From: Thainema sp.
GTDB lineage: Bacteria; Cyanobacteriota; Cyanobacteriia; Phormidesmidales; Phormidesmidaceae
Length of the DNA: 61,509 nucleotides
Direction of reading: 5' to 3'
NCBI GenBank assembly: GCA_052168235.1
Contig: JBQLZK010000045.1
Coordinates: forward strand, 1 to 61,509
The notes under the pieces: model-generated
What the model was told of the DNA's origin: nothing
What the model saw: the letters and a program-made list of their open reading frames with translations, nothing else
The model's database searches: none
Made by a program: the position numbers and the translations under genes
Shown here: positions 31,071 to 41,919 of the stretch, in pieces
Numbering within the stretch: position 1 is the first letter of the stretch
Layout: each line of letters starts with the position of its first letter

Positions 31071-32210
31071 GTGCAGCCCAAACGATCTTCCCTAGGCCAA
31101 CCCCTAGCCATCTTACTGATTGCGATCTCAGCCTACACGCTTTGGCAGATGCGTCAGCTGATTTTGCTGGTATTTGCCGCGATCGTGCTGGCTCAGGCTC
31201 TCCATCTTCAGGCAAACACCTTTGAGCGACTGGGGGTGCGATCGCGCTGGGCACGATCGTTTTCGATTGCGGTGCTGTTGGTATTTACGATTGTATTTGT
31301 AGGGCTAATTGTCCCGCCCGTTGCGGCTCAGATTCAGCAAATTGTGAGCGTACTGCCGCAAGGACTGACCCAGATTGAGCTGTGGCTCCGGCAGGCCAGT
31401 GAGCAGATCTCATTCGTTGAGCTAGAGCAAATTGACTTATCCCAGCTAATTGAGTCGTTTCAGCCAGTGCTGATGGAAATTCTGGCTCGACCCGTAATGT
31501 TTGTGTCGGTGCCCCTAGCTGTAGCGCTGAACTTGTTGATTATTCTGGTTTTGGCGCTCATGCTGTGGGCCAATCCTGTCGCCTATCGCAACGCCTTAAT
31601 TTGCCTATTTCCCAAGTTTTATCGTCCCCGCGCCCTAGAGATCCTCAGTCACAGTGAAGCAACCCTAAGCCGCTGGCTCACGGCAGTTGTCACGCAGATG
31701 GTCACCGTTGCCGTTCTTAGCGGTTTAGGACTGTGGATTTTAGGTGTTCGCTTTGCGCTGGCGCTCGGTATCCTGTCAGGACTACTAACATTTATTCCCT
31801 ATCTGGGGCCAACAATCAGCGTTATTCCGCCGTTTTTGACCAGTTTAGAAAGTCCCGGCAGTGCGATCGCAGTTTTAATGCTCTACGGTCTCATCCACTG
31901 GGTGATTATTCATCACGGCCTGTCGAAATGGATTCAACGGCCAACTCAAATCTTGCCGGGAATTGCTCTGCTGATTGAAATCCTCTTCGCCCGCCTGTTC
32001 GGCATTTCCGGCCTGATCCTCGCCTTCCCCTTCGCCCTAGTCGCCCAAGTCTGGATTCACTCCACGCTGATCGAAGATGTCCTCAACCCCTGGCGCGATC
32101 GCACCCTGAGCAACGCTGATGATTCCAACCCCTCACCCCTCACCCCTCACCCCTCACTTCCCTCCTCCATTCCCGACTCCACCGAACCCCCCGATCCCTC
32201 TGTTTCCTAA
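31071..32210 (+). CDS. AI-2E family transporter
   Basis: Multi-TM; LTFIPYLGPTIS motif; C-terminus includes CCCCTCA heptamer repeats. Confidence 0.88.
   Translation: MQPKRSSLGQPLAILLIAISAYTLWQMRQLILLVFAAIVLAQALHLQANTFERLGVRSRWARSFSIAVLLVFTIVFVGLIVPPVAAQIQQIVSVLPQGLTQIELWLRQASEQISFVELEQIDLSQLIESFQPVLMEILARPVMFVSVPLAVALNLLIILVLALMLWANPVAYRNALICLFPKFYRPRALEILSHSEATLSRWLTAVVTQMVTVAVLSGLGLWILGVRFALALGILSGLLTFIPYLGPTISVIPPFLTSLESPGSAIAVLMLYGLIHWVIIHHGLSKWIQRPTQILPGIALLIEILFARLFGISGLILAFPFALVAQVWIHSTLIEDVLNPWRDRTLSNADDSNPSPLTPHPSLPSSIPDSTEPPDPSVS
32130..32160 (+). repeat. Short tandem heptamer repeat (CCCCTCA)n, STRR-type
   Basis: CCCTCACCCCTCACCCCTCACCCCTCAC. Confidence 0.8.
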
Positions 32211-32215
32211 TATTC

Positions 32216-33415
32216 ATGCGCACCATTGCCGAGATCAACGAAAAAATTCGCGATCGCACCGTTACCGTCTGCACCGTCAGTGAAATAAAAAAGCGCGTAG
32301 CTGAACAGGGAATCAAAGCCGTTGCTGAAGCCGTCGATGTGATTACCACGGGCACGTTCGAACCGATGGAATCCTCCGGCGCGATGATCAACTTGGGCCA
32401 TACCGATCCGCCCATTAAAATTCGCCAGTGCTGGATCGATGGTGTGCCAGCCTACGCAGGCTTTGGCGCGGTAGATCTATATCTGGGTGCTACGCAACCG
32501 ATTGACTATGTTGTTCAAGGTGAAACCGTCGATCCCGAAGAAAACCGCGATCGCGGCGGTGGACACGTAATTGCCGATCTGATTGCGGGTAAACCGTTAC
32601 CGATTCGCGCCATTGGGCAAGTGACCGACTGCTATCCCCGCGCTTCGTTTGAAACCACCATTAGCCGCGATACCATCAACCAATTCTACTTATTTAATCC
32701 GCGCAACCTGCACCAGAATTTCATTGTCGGCGTTAACGGTGGCGATCGGCAGCTGTTTACCTACCTTGGCCCTCTCCAGCCTCGTTTGGGCAATGCGGTG
32801 TACTGCAATCCCGGTGCAATTTCGCCATTGATGAATGATCCCGATTTAGACTTGGTTGGGATTGGTAGCCGTGTGTTTTTAGGGGGTGGTGTCGGTTACA
32901 TTGCTTGGGAAGGCACACAGCATTTTCCACTGCAAAAGCGGTTGCCCAATCGCACTCCCATCGGCCCTGCAGCCACCGTGGCGCTGATTGGTGATGCCCG
33001 TCAGATGTCAGCCCAGTGGGTGCGCGGCTGCTATTTCAAAGGCTACGGCCCTTCCTTGATGTTGGGAATTGGCGTACCGCTGCCTGTGCTGTACGAAGAG
33101 GTGGTGGCTCGCTGTGCCGTACCGGATGAAGATCTGGTCGCCCCGGTGGTGGATTTTTCGATTCCGCGTCGGGTACGTCCCACGTTTGGTCTCGTCAGTT
33201 ATGCACAGCTCAAATCGGGCCACATTGTGATTGACGGCAAAAAAGTACGCACGGCTCCGCTAGCCAGTATGTATCTTTCTGGAAAAGTAGCTGAAGAACT
33301 CAAACAGCGGATCGAACAGAGCGAATTTTTCTTGAGTGAATCGGTTGCGTCACTGCCTAGAGATCGCTCATTTCTGCCCCAAAATTTCTGGGGCACCAGT
33401 CTAAATTTAGAATAA
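32216..33415 (+). CDS. Homocysteine biosynthesis protein (DUF39, aspartate-semialdehyde sulfurtransferase-like)
   Basis: MRTIAEINEKI, VDVITTGTFEPMESSGA, RGGGHVI, LFNPRN. Confidence 0.88.
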   Translation: MRTIAEINEKIRDRTVTVCTVSEIKKRVAEQGIKAVAEAVDVITTGTFEPMESSGAMINLGHTDPPIKIRQCWIDGVPAYAGFGAVDLYLGATQPIDYVVQGETVDPEENRDRGGGHVIADLIAGKPLPIRAIGQVTDCYPRASFETTISRDTINQFYLFNPRNLHQNFIVGVNGGDRQLFTYLGPLQPRLGNAVYCNPGAISPLMNDPDLDLVGIGSRVFLGGGVGYIAWEGTQHFPLQKRLPNRTPIGPAATVALIGDARQMSAQWVRGCYFKGYGPSLMLGIGVPLPVLYEEVVARCAVPDEDLVAPVVDFSIPRRVRPTFGLVSYAQLKSGHIVIDGKKVRTAPLASMYLSGKVAEELKQRIEQSEFFLSESVASLPRDRSFLPQNFWGTSLNLE

Positions 33416-33612
33416 CAACCCCAGTTTTTTAGAGATCAATACAGGGATGAGCATAGAACTAATAGTAATTCAGAGCAATTCAGATTAATTCAGAACAACT
33501 GGGCCATATTTAACTGAGAATTCATGCAGTTGAAGATTATAGCGTTTGTTAAATTCAGGTTCCTGAATGACGATTATTATTCGGTAGGATTGAATTGGCC
33601 TGATCTCAGATC

Positions 33613-33718
33613 AATCCGAAGTCCGATTAGAACCCGATGATTTAATTTTTCGTAAAAAGCTGGCCCAGTCAGGCTTTCACGAAAAATCAAGTTAGGTTCT
33701 GATATACGGACTTGATAT
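33613..33718. mobile_element. MITE family A, copy 3, with degenerate hairpin (33642-33690)
   Basis: GAAGTCCGATTAGAAC...ATACGGACTTGATAT ends; 23-bp arms with 5 mismatches. Confidence 0.65.
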
Positions 33719-33827
33719 AACGATGAAAGAGGCTTCAAGATCCAAGATCGAAGTTCAAGATCCAGAAAGATGCTCTAGAATCTACACCGCTCAAGCATCC
33801 TGTGAAATCGTGAGTCAGCAGTGAACT

Positions 33828-35798
33828 ATGAAGTCACCCAGCACCCAAACCCAGTTGTCGGTTCAATCATCAGCTCAACCAGTCGATCAACAGGATAAAT
33901 CACCGTTGCCTCAATTACCGCTGCCGCAACCTAAAAATAATAAGGATAAGCCAAGATTCGGCCACTGGCGGTTTGGTAAGCTCTATCAAAAAATTGGCTA
34001 TGGCTATCTTGTCTCTATCAGCCTTGGCTGTCTCGGATCGCTGCTGGGCGTTGTCATGGCGGATTTCTATCAGGGACAAAGTTTGGTGCAGCTTTTGGAT
34101 GCTCAGGAGCAATACCAAATCCTAGTGGACTTTGAACGATCAACAGAAGCCTTTCAATTGCACAGCACCCGCTTATTTGCCTTGACGGATCAGCCCCAGA
34201 GACTACAGGAAGAATACGCCTTTTTGCGTCAAGAAAGCCGCAAGATCCAGCAGTTACAGCAACAGTTAGACGCTTTTTTAGTCAACCAACCAGCCTGGGT
34301 CGCCGTAACGCCAGACCAGATGCGGCAGCTTGTGCAAACCTATGCCACCGAGATCGAAACCTGTTTGGCCGAGATAGAATCCGCGATCGCAGATCCATCA
34401 CTCATAGCCGATCCATCACTCATAGCCGATCCATCCACCACATCAGCAAAGCTCAAGTCCCTCGCTGGGGGCGAAATGGCCATGCAGTTTGACCAGCATC
34501 AGCAGGAGCTAATATCCATTTTGGATGCGGCTCGCAGGCAAGATCGGCAAGCCTTTGACCTGATGGAAGAGGCTCAGGGCGTTGAGAAACTCATTATCGG
34601 AATCAGCGTCGGCTTGGCTATGCTGACAGCAGCGCTAATGGCATGGCGCACCACACGTGCGATCGCACAGCCGATTGAGCAAGTAACTCAAGTGGCTCAA
34701 CATGCCGCGATTGAGTCCAACTTTCACCTCCGTGTCCCCGTTAAGTCTCAAGACGAAGTTGGGCTACTCGCGCAGGCGCTGAACCTACTGATTCAGCGCG
34801 TCGAAGAGCGCACCCACGACCTGGAGCAGACCGCCCAGTATGCCAAACAGCAAGCCGAATCCTTACAAACGACGCTAGAGAGACTACGCAAAACTCAGGC
34901 TCAACTGGTACAAACCGAGAAGATGTCCTCTTTAGGACAAATGATTGCGGGTGTAGCCCATGAAATTAATAACCCGGTCAGCTTCATTCACGGCAATTTG
35001 ACTTATGCCAAAAAGTACGTTGAAGATCTACTAAGCCTGGTAGAGCTTTATCAAACCGAGATCACCCAGCCGCCCCTGGCCATCCAGCAAAAAGTGGATG
35101 ATATTGATCTCGATTTTGTACAAAGCGACTTGCCGAAACTATTGTCGTCTTTGGAAGTGGGCACAGAGCGGATCCGCAGCATTGTCCTGTCGTTGCGAGT
35201 GTTCTCACGGCTGCAGGAAGCCGAGATGAAAGCGGTTAACCTACATGACGGCATTGACAGCACGTTAATCATTCTAAATAGCCGCTTAAAAGCACAGCCT
35301 AATCGGCCAGAAATCAAGCTCACAAAGCAATATGGCGATTTGCCACTTGTTGACTGCTATGCCGGACAGCTCAATCAGGTGTTTATGAATTTGCTAGCGA
35401 ATGCGATTGATGCGCTAGAGGAAAAATATGAACAGATTCGACCCACTCAAACTGATTGGCGACCCAACATTTTAATTCGAACCCAAGCCCAGAACAACCA
35501 AGTCACAATTAAAATTATCGACAATGGTTCCGGCATTCCTGAGAAGATCCAGTCTAAGATTTTTGACCCGTTTTTTACCACTAAAAGAGTCGGCAAAGGT
35601 ACGGGCTTAGGTATGTCAATCAGCTACGAAATTGTAGTCGAAAAGCATCAGGGTAAGCTGGACTTTGTTTCCAACGCAGAGCAGGGCACGACTTTCATCA
35701 TTCAGTTACCAATTGGCCTCCAATCAGCAACGGATACTGATACGCTCAATCCACTAGTAGTCTGCCAAAGTGGAGGTGAGGAGGTAGAAGAATTTTAA
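33828..35798 (+). CDS. Membrane sensor histidine kinase (HAMP, HisKA, HATPase)
   Basis: 2 TMs, [47 protein letters not shown]. Confidence 0.95.
   Translation: MKSPSTQTQLSVQSSAQPVDQQDKSPLPQLPLPQPKNNKDKPRFGHWRFGKLYQKIGYGYLVSISLGCLGSLLGVVMADFYQGQSLVQLLDAQEQYQILVDFERSTEAFQLHSTRLFALTDQPQRLQEEYAFLRQESRKIQQLQQQLDAFLVNQPAWVAVTPDQMRQLVQTYATEIETCLAEIESAIADPSLIADPSLIADPSTTSAKLKSLAGGEMAMQFDQHQQELISILDAARRQDRQAFDLMEEAQGVEKLIIGISVGLAMLTAALMAWRTTRAIAQPIEQVTQVAQHAAIESNFHLRVPVKSQDEVGLLAQALNLLIQRVEERTHDLEQTAQYAKQQAESLQTTLERLRKTQAQLVQTEKMSSLGQMIAGVAHEINNPVSFIHGNLTYAKKYVEDLLSLVELYQTEITQPPLAIQQKVDDIDLDFVQSDLPKLLSSLEVGTERIRSIVLSLRVFSRLQEAEMKAVNLHDGIDSTLIILNSRLKAQPNRPEIKLTKQYGDLPLVDCYAGQLNQVFMNLLANAIDALEEKYEQIRPTQTDWRPNILIRTQAQNNQVTIKIIDNGSGIPEKIQSKIFDPFFTTKRVGKGTGLGMSISYEIVVEKHQGKLDFVSNAEQGTTFIIQLPIGLQSATDTDTLNPLVVCQSGGEEVEEF
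34386..34436 (+). repeat. In-frame 18-bp tandem repeat (IADPSL x3)
   Basis: ATCGCAGATCCATCACTC ATAGCCGATCCATCACTC ATAGCCGATCCATCC. Confidence 0.9.
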
Positions 35799-35862
35799 AA
35801 ATATTGCTGCGCAATATTTTTAAAATTCTTCTACCTCTCAAAACACACTTAACAAAGTACTA
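35755..35862. mobile_element. MITE family C overlapping kinase 3' end, with perfect hairpin (35781-35837)
   Basis: Imperfect TIRs TAGTAGTCTGCCAAAGTG / CACTTAACAAAGTACTA; 27-bp arms with GC-TGC-GC apex. Confidence 0.55.
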
Positions 35863-36021
35863 AATTGAGATATCGTAGCTTTTTGATATAGCCAAATTCG
35901 GCACGAGATTATGAAAAAGTGAGCTAAATCTAAGGCGGGGTTAAGCTTTGGCAATGCTGCAAAACTGGGGTGAATCCCTTGATAAGCTAAGCATGGGATA
36001 GGTGAGGAGGTCATCATACCT

Positions 36022-36930
36022 ATGCATCGATTGCTAACTGGGCCGCTAACTGTCGAGCACGTTGATCTTGAAATTGAGGGGCTGCCTCAATCACTCCAAC
36101 AGCTCAAAATTGTTCAACTCACTGATCTACACTTTGACGGGTTGCGGCTGTCTACGCACATGCTGAAAACCGCGATCGCACAAAGTAATGCCGTTCAACC
36201 AGACTTGGTGGTGCTGACTGGTGATTATGTCACCGATGATCCAGCTCCAATTCATAAACTGGCCGATTGGCTGAGCCATCTCCAAAGTCGCTACGGTACC
36301 TATGCTGTACTAGGCAATCACGATATTGTGCCCTGTGGGGCTCAACAAACTGTCACGGCAGCATTTGAGAACGCAGGCATTCGCGTTTTGTGGAACGAAG
36401 TCGCTTATCCGTTTGGGCCAGAATTTCCAGTGGTGGGACTAGCCGACTACTGGTCGCGAGACTTTGATCCTGCGATCACACTGGATACCATTCCGCTCGA
36501 AATACCGCGCTTGGTGCTGTCCCATAATCCCGATACAGCAGAGCATTTGCGGGCTTGGCGGGTGGATCTGCAACTGTCTGGACATACCCACGGTGGCCAG
36601 ATTCGCATTCCCGGTTTAGGCATTGTGCCAACCTGGGCGCAAACGATTCGGCCTCACATTCCGAAGCGTATTCGTCGCTATATTCCCTACATGCGGGGCA
36701 AATGCGTTAAAGTTGTGCGCCATTGGGAATGGGCTCAGGGCTTGCATCAAGTTGGCTCCAACTGGCTATATGTCAATCGAGGATTGGGCACGTTTCCCCC
36801 TGGCCGATTGCTTTGTCCCCCAGAGCTAACGGTGATTACGCTAAGCCCATCGGTCAGACAGGAATCAACTTGGCATGTGCCTCAATCGGTGCTCGTCGCA
36901 CAGCCACAGCCAACAGAAGTGGTGTCGTAG
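36022..36930 (+). CDS. Calcineurin-like metallophosphoesterase
   Basis: TDLH, TGDYV, LGNHD, SHNPD, SGHTHGGQ, VNRGLG. Confidence 0.95.
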   Translation: MHRLLTGPLTVEHVDLEIEGLPQSLQQLKIVQLTDLHFDGLRLSTHMLKTAIAQSNAVQPDLVVLTGDYVTDDPAPIHKLADWLSHLQSRYGTYAVLGNHDIVPCGAQQTVTAAFENAGIRVLWNEVAYPFGPEFPVVGLADYWSRDFDPAITLDTIPLEIPRLVLSHNPDTAEHLRAWRVDLQLSGHTHGGQIRIPGLGIVPTWAQTIRPHIPKRIRRYIPYMRGKCVKVVRHWEWAQGLHQVGSNWLYVNRGLGTFPPGRLLCPPELTVITLSPSVRQESTWHVPQSVLVAQPQPTEVVS

Positions 36931-36947
36931 TAGCAGTCTTAAAAGGG

Positions 36948-36992
36948 AAAAAGAGCATTGACCGACGCTTAGTGTCGGTCAATGCTCTTTTT
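36948..36992. terminator. Near-perfect 21-bp-arm hairpin followed by T tract
   Basis: AAAAAGAGCATTGACCGACGC-TTA-GTGTCGGTCAATGCTCTTTTT (one G.T pair). Confidence 0.8.
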
Positions 36993-37195
36993 TCTTTTGA
37001 TTGGCTTTTAATTGGCTTTAGGGACTTATTTTGATGTGCAGATTGAATAAGCCACACATTTTGTAGCAATTGATAGCGAAAGCAGGCGATACAATTCAGT
37101 TACTTTATCTACCTTATTCAGCTTTATTCGACAAAAATTGCCACTATAGCCACATAGCCAACACTATAGCCAACACTGGGTTGAGGAGAGGAATC

Positions 37196-37966
37196 ATGGC
37201 GGTTAACTATGCTGCAGCTTGGAAAAATGCGGTTTATTGCCAGCAGGTTTATCAAAATTTTTCGCCATCCCTTCGCTTCGATCAGATTGACGATGCGCCG
37301 CTGCTAATTGCAGAATCCAGCACGGATACACAACTGGCAATTCTAACGGTTGGGACAGATTCTACGATTGTATTTCGCGGTTCTGAGTCCTCTGCGGATT
37401 GGGAAACCAATTTGGGTACAGATTTAGGGCAAACGACTTTTGATGAAAATGTCATTCAAGAAGAAATTGTGGCTGAAGACGCACAGGAACTAGTCTATCC
37501 CTACGAGGAAAAAAGTAGCTCCGGGGCCAAGATGCATAAGGGATTTATTCGGGCCTACTTTTCAGTGCGCGATCGCATTCACGATTACATCCGCAACCAA
37601 GAGCTTACCCGGATTACAATCACGGGGCACAGTTTAGGGGGAGCGCTGGCGACGCTGTGTGCGGTGGATATTCAATACAACTTTTCTGATACAATCTCAC
37701 AAATTGAAGCCTATACCTATGGTGCGCCAAAAGTCGGCAATGATGGTTTTCGCGATTCATTTAATCGGCGGGTTCCTGACAGCTACCGATTTGTAAATGG
37801 CATGGATTTGGTGCCCGCGTTACCCCGTTGGTGGCAGGGCAATTATCGTCATGTGGATGAAGAGGTGCGGATTGGCCCACGATTTAGCTGGAACTTTGTT
37901 TCGGCTCGATTCAAGGATCATGAGATTGCAGAGTATATTGAAGAACTGACGGATTTAGCCAGATAG
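37196..37966 (+). CDS. Class 3 lipase
   Basis: VFRGS, MHKGF, TGHSLGG, YGAPKVG, DLVP; AGGAG RBS before ATG 37196. Confidence 0.92.
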   Translation: MAVNYAAAWKNAVYCQQVYQNFSPSLRFDQIDDAPLLIAESSTDTQLAILTVGTDSTIVFRGSESSADWETNLGTDLGQTTFDENVIQEEIVAEDAQELVYPYEEKSSSGAKMHKGFIRAYFSVRDRIHDYIRNQELTRITITGHSLGGALATLCAVDIQYNFSDTISQIEAYTYGAPKVGNDGFRDSFNRRVPDSYRFVNGMDLVPALPRWWQGNYRHVDEEVRIGPRFSWNFVSARFKDHEIAEYIEELTDLAR

Positions 37967-38205
37967 CGGGTCTAATTTTTCCACAAAAGCGTCAGTATTA
38001 ATACTTGATTCTGGTCGTTATCGTCAAGCTTTTTCCTGAGTGGGCAATATTTAAACCGAGAAAATACGGGATTTGATTTATTCGGAGAATTGTCCCCGAG
38101 TTTTTCACAATTGGGCTTTACTTTTGTTTATAGAGCCTCCTTGTTCATGTCTGTTGGCGAGGACTGGTTTGTGCTGTATGCGATCGCACACACATTGGTA
38201 TTGCC

Positions 38206-40011
38206 ATGAAATCCACTACAAATTTAGGAAATCGTTTATTTCCTATATCTGATATTCGCTTGAACGAAACGTGCGCGACTGACGGTTCAAAACGCAACAG
38301 TGAAGAACCGTTTGGCATTTCAATTCAGTCGAAAATCATATTGGGATATTTCCTTTCCCTTGGCATTGTCGTCAGTGGAGCAATCGCTGGAGTCTCAATC
38401 AGCAATGTCCAACAAGAAAGCGCTCGTCGTTTGCTGGAAGAGGATATTGCAGAGGAATTAAGACTTCCTGTTCAAATTCAGGAACAATTAAAAATTGCTG
38501 AATCTGAACAGCGACTGCTTCCCTCCCTCATGAATGATTTCGAAGAGTGGCAAGAACATAAACAAGGTTTTGAGGCTGCAATTACAACTGCTGAGCAGGC
38601 TTGGCAAGAACTTAAAGAGACTTATGAAAATCCTGAAGATGGTATTCAAGAAACAAATGAAGAACTAGAAGCATTAGCCAATTTACTCGAAAATTATGAT
38701 TATCTTCTAGCTGATTATCATCGCCAGGTTGACGCAGTTATCACAAACGTCAATCCAGAAACAATTTCTCTCACTGAGCAAGAGGCAATTCAGCAATTAT
38801 TATTAGCAATAAATACACCTGATCAGGTTCGGGCGTTAGATGCTTTTGAGGCTGATTTAAATTTATTAATTGAAGCTGTTGTCGAAGAAAAAATTGAAGC
38901 AGAAGCCGCTTTAGCCCGAGCTAATCAGCTCAAAGATCAAATCACTATCGGTTCCTTAGTTCTGGCAGTTGGAGTTGCTATTGTTCTGAGTTTTTTAATT
39001 AGTCGTGCGATTACATCTCCACTCAAGCAAACGTCACGAGTTGCCCAACAGGTGATTGATGAAGGCAACTTTGATCTGCAAGCCCCAATCAATTCGAATG
39101 ATGAAGTTGGGCAACTGACCCAAACGCTAAATTTGCTGATTCAACAGGTCAAAAAACTGCTGAAAGAGCAAGAATCTGCTAAAACTCTGCTCGTTCACAA
39201 TGAAAAAATGGCCAGTTTGGGACAGTTAGTTGCAGGTGTAGCCCACGAAATTAATAATCCCGTGAACTTCATTCATGGCAATCTCTGTCATGTGCAAACC
39301 TATGCGAATGATTTGCTCCATCTAATTCAGCTCTATCAGCAGGAATGTCCTCAACCATCCAACGCGCTGCAGGATGAAATTGAGACTATAGAGTTAGATT
39401 TTCTCCAAGCAGATCTGGAAAAAACGCTGACCTCAATGCAAACGGGAACCAACCGAATTCGAGAAATTGTTTTGTCGCTGCGTAATTTCTCTCGTCTGGA
39501 TGAGATCGCTTTCAAAGAAGTGGATTTGCATGAGGGGATGGACAGCACGCTCATGATTTTGCAGCATCGGTTTAAGGCGAATTCCAACTCTCCTGGCATC
39601 AAAATTATTAAAGACTACGATGCTGCTTTGCCTAAAGTTGAATGCTATGCAAGTCAGCTCAACCAGGTATTTATGAATTTACTGGCGAATGCTGTTGATG
39701 CTTTCGAAGCCCAGGCGGTCAACACCAGCCCCACCATCACGATTCAGACCAGTCGGGAGGGGGAAAATCAAATATGTGTCCAGATTTCCGATAATGGCCC
39801 TGGTATTCCAGATGCGGTGCGATCGCGGATTTTCAATCCTTTCTTTACGACGAAACCTGTTGGTAAAGGAACGGGGATTGGCCTTTCGATTAGCCACCAA
39901 ATTGTCGTTGAAAAACATGGTGGTCAGCTTGCCTGTGAGTCCAGTCCGAGTCAGGGCACAACGTTTACGATCACTCTCCCCATCAAACCATCGTGTGTGC
40001 TGAGCAAATAG
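38206..40011 (+). CDS. Membrane sensor histidine kinase (HAMP, HisKA, HATPase)
   Basis: 2 TMs, [32 protein letters not shown]; kinase core similar to 33828-35798. Confidence 0.95.
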   Translation: MKSTTNLGNRLFPISDIRLNETCATDGSKRNSEEPFGISIQSKIILGYFLSLGIVVSGAIAGVSISNVQQESARRLLEEDIAEELRLPVQIQEQLKIAESEQRLLPSLMNDFEEWQEHKQGFEAAITTAEQAWQELKETYENPEDGIQETNEELEALANLLENYDYLLADYHRQVDAVITNVNPETISLTEQEAIQQLLLAINTPDQVRALDAFEADLNLLIEAVVEEKIEAEAALARANQLKDQITIGSLVLAVGVAIVLSFLISRAITSPLKQTSRVAQQVIDEGNFDLQAPINSNDEVGQLTQTLNLLIQQVKKLLKEQESAKTLLVHNEKMASLGQLVAGVAHEINNPVNFIHGNLCHVQTYANDLLHLIQLYQQECPQPSNALQDEIETIELDFLQADLEKTLTSMQTGTNRIREIVLSLRNFSRLDEIAFKEVDLHEGMDSTLMILQHRFKANSNSPGIKIIKDYDAALPKVECYASQLNQVFMNLLANAVDAFEAQAVNTSPTITIQTSREGENQICVQISDNGPGIPDAVRSRIFNPFFTTKPVGKGTGIGLSISHQIVVEKHGGQLACESSPSQGTTFTITLPIKPSCVLSK

Positions 40012-40101
40012 GTTGAGCAGGAATGTGTTCTGCAAACTAGTGCTTCTTGCGATCTCACCGTCATACTGTTTCTAACATTGTTACGTTAGTTGTTACGTTA
40101 G

Positions 40102-40482
40102 GTGGAAACGGTCATGACGAGTATCGTACTGTTCATTTTGCTGGGCGCATTTGCAGGTGTGATTAGTGGACTCATTGGTATTGGTGGCGGAGTGATTATC
40201 GTACCTGCGCTGGTATTTTTCTTTGGCCTATCGCAACATCAGGCACAGGGAACGACGCTGGCGCTGTTGGTGCCACCGATTGGTTTGCTGGGAGCCTGGA
40301 CATATTATCAGCAGGGCTATGTCGATATTAAAGTCGCGGCCTATATTTGCTTAGGTTTTTTATTTGGCAGTTTGCTGGGAGCCAAGTTTGCTATCGGTAT
40401 TCCCAATGAAATTTTGGAGAAAGTATTTGGTGGAGCCATGCTGATGATTGCGCTCAAAATGATTCTCGGCAGATCGGTCTAG
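40102..40482 (+). CDS. Sulfite exporter TauE/SafE family (half-size)
   Basis: GLIGIGGGVIIVP, HQAQGTTLA. Confidence 0.88.
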   Translation: METVMTSIVLFILLGAFAGVISGLIGIGGGVIIVPALVFFFGLSQHQAQGTTLALLVPPIGLLGAWTYYQQGYVDIKVAAYICLGFLFGSLLGAKFAIGIPNEILEKVFGGAMLMIALKMILGRSV

Positions 40483-40636
40483 ACTCATGTTTGAGGGGAT
40501 GAGCAGTTGCGTGGCTCCTGTGTGGCACAGTCATGCATCTGTTCATGCAGGGATAGTATTGATGGCATAAAGCAGTACGGAGTTTTACCAAACGATTTAG
40601 CGCTATATTTCGCTATAGGATTAAGCGTGGGGAGTT

Positions 40637-41236
40637 ATGTTAGGTACGTCTGCTTTAGCTCAATGTTTTGCGGTGCTGTGTTTTGTGGCGGCGGCGGCAT
40701 TGGTGTGGATTGAGCAGCGGGACGTGCTGAGTTTGTCAGCTCAAGCTAGAGTCATCACGCCCTATCGGCAGTCAAGCGGAGAACCGCCAAAAGCGCAGGC
40801 GTTATCAAATTTAGGCGATATTTCTGAGGATTTGCCCGTACCCGAAGATAGCCCAGAATTGCGAGTCAGTTTGCGCGATCGCAAAGTGCGAGTTTATAAA
40901 GATGGCGCAATTTTGAACACCTATGACATTGCGGTGGGTCAAGAAGAGTGGCCAACACCGACGGGAGAGTTTCAGGTGCAGCGACTACAGATGTTTCCCG
41001 CTTGGCAGCACCCGATCACGGGCGACATTGTGCCACCGGGGCCAGATAATCCGTTGGGTACTCGCTGGATTGGCTTTTGGGCGCAGGAAAATTGGCAAAT
41101 TGGCTTTCACGGCACTAATCAAACGGAACTAATTGGTCAGGCGGTATCTCACGGCTGTATTCGAATGCGGAATGAGGATGTTGAGGCGCTGTTTGACATG
41201 GTGCAAGTGGGTGCGATCGTGCGAATTGAAAGTTAA
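40637..41236 (+). CDS. L,D-transpeptidase (YkuD domain)
   Basis: TPTGEF, PGPDNPLG, IGFHGT, SHGCIRM. Confidence 0.93.
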   Translation: MLGTSALAQCFAVLCFVAAAALVWIEQRDVLSLSAQARVITPYRQSSGEPPKAQALSNLGDISEDLPVPEDSPELRVSLRDRKVRVYKDGAILNTYDIAVGQEEWPTPTGEFQVQRLQMFPAWQHPITGDIVPPGPDNPLGTRWIGFWAQENWQIGFHGTNQTELIGQAVSHGCIRMRNEDVEALFDMVQVGAIVRIES

Positions 41237-41256
41237 AAGTTGAAGTGAGCGACAAC

Positions 41257-41284
41257 AAAAAAGCCCCGCGTTAGCGAGGCTTTG
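41257..41284. terminator. Intrinsic terminator between convergent genes
   Basis: AAAAAAGCCCCGC-GTTA-GCGAGGCTTT. Confidence 0.7.
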
Positions 41285-41346
41285 TAGAGAGTGTTGATCC
41301 AATGAGAACTCACAGGAGGAATCTACTCACGCATGATTTGTAAGGT

Positions 41347-41919
41347 TTAGGTAATTTGTTGAGCTAATTTTTCCATCGCTTCGGCGCTGGGTTCAAATTT
41401 GCTGGCATAGGTTTGCAGCAGGCTATTCACCTGCGACATGACATCGTCACCAGCGGACTTGGCGATGGCTTGGCGCTCAGGGAAGAATTCTGGGCGATCT
41501 AGGTTGCGGGCGATGGCTTCGCTGATTTGGTTGGAAATCAGGTCAGCTAGTTCTTCTTTGGCCCGTTCTCTCTGATAGTTGGCCCCTTCTTCTGTGGTGG
41601 CGTAGAGGGGAGGTAATCGGTTGAGGGCATAGGCGGCGATGTCGCCCAGATCGAGGGTGCAATCACTGGAGGCTTCGACTTCGGCGACCCGTGCGATCGC
41701 TTCGGTCAGTACCAGCTCTTCCATGACGTTAATAAACTGCTTGCGGGGGACGGCAACGACCTCACCAGTTAGGAGAGCGCCCATTAGTCGATCAAGAGCC
41801 ATATACTCTTCAATCGACAGTTCGGCAGCGGTATCACAAATGCGACCAACCTCTGCCTCCATTGCTGGTGTTAGGTATCCGTCTTGTAATGCCTGTTCAA
41901 CAATTTTTTCAATGCTCAT
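41347..41919 (-). CDS. ComFB-family protein
   Basis: NVMEELV...DIAAYALNRLPPLYAT ComFB motif. Confidence 0.9.
   Translation of the reverse strand: MSIEKIVEQALQDGYLTPAMEAEVGRICDTAAELSIEEYMALDRLMGALLTGEVVAVPRKQFINVMEELVLTEAIARVAEVEASSDCTLDLGDIAAYALNRLPPLYATTEEGANYQRERAKEELADLISNQISEAIARNLDRPEFFPERQAIAKSAGDDVMSQVNSLLQTYASKFEPSAEAMEKLAQQIT

Noticed and set aside
33455..33500. AATTCAGA repeats, and similar short duplications near 14735, 37143, 40080 and 54840
   Set aside because: Only 2-3 imperfect copies each; consistent with local slippage, with no evidence of function
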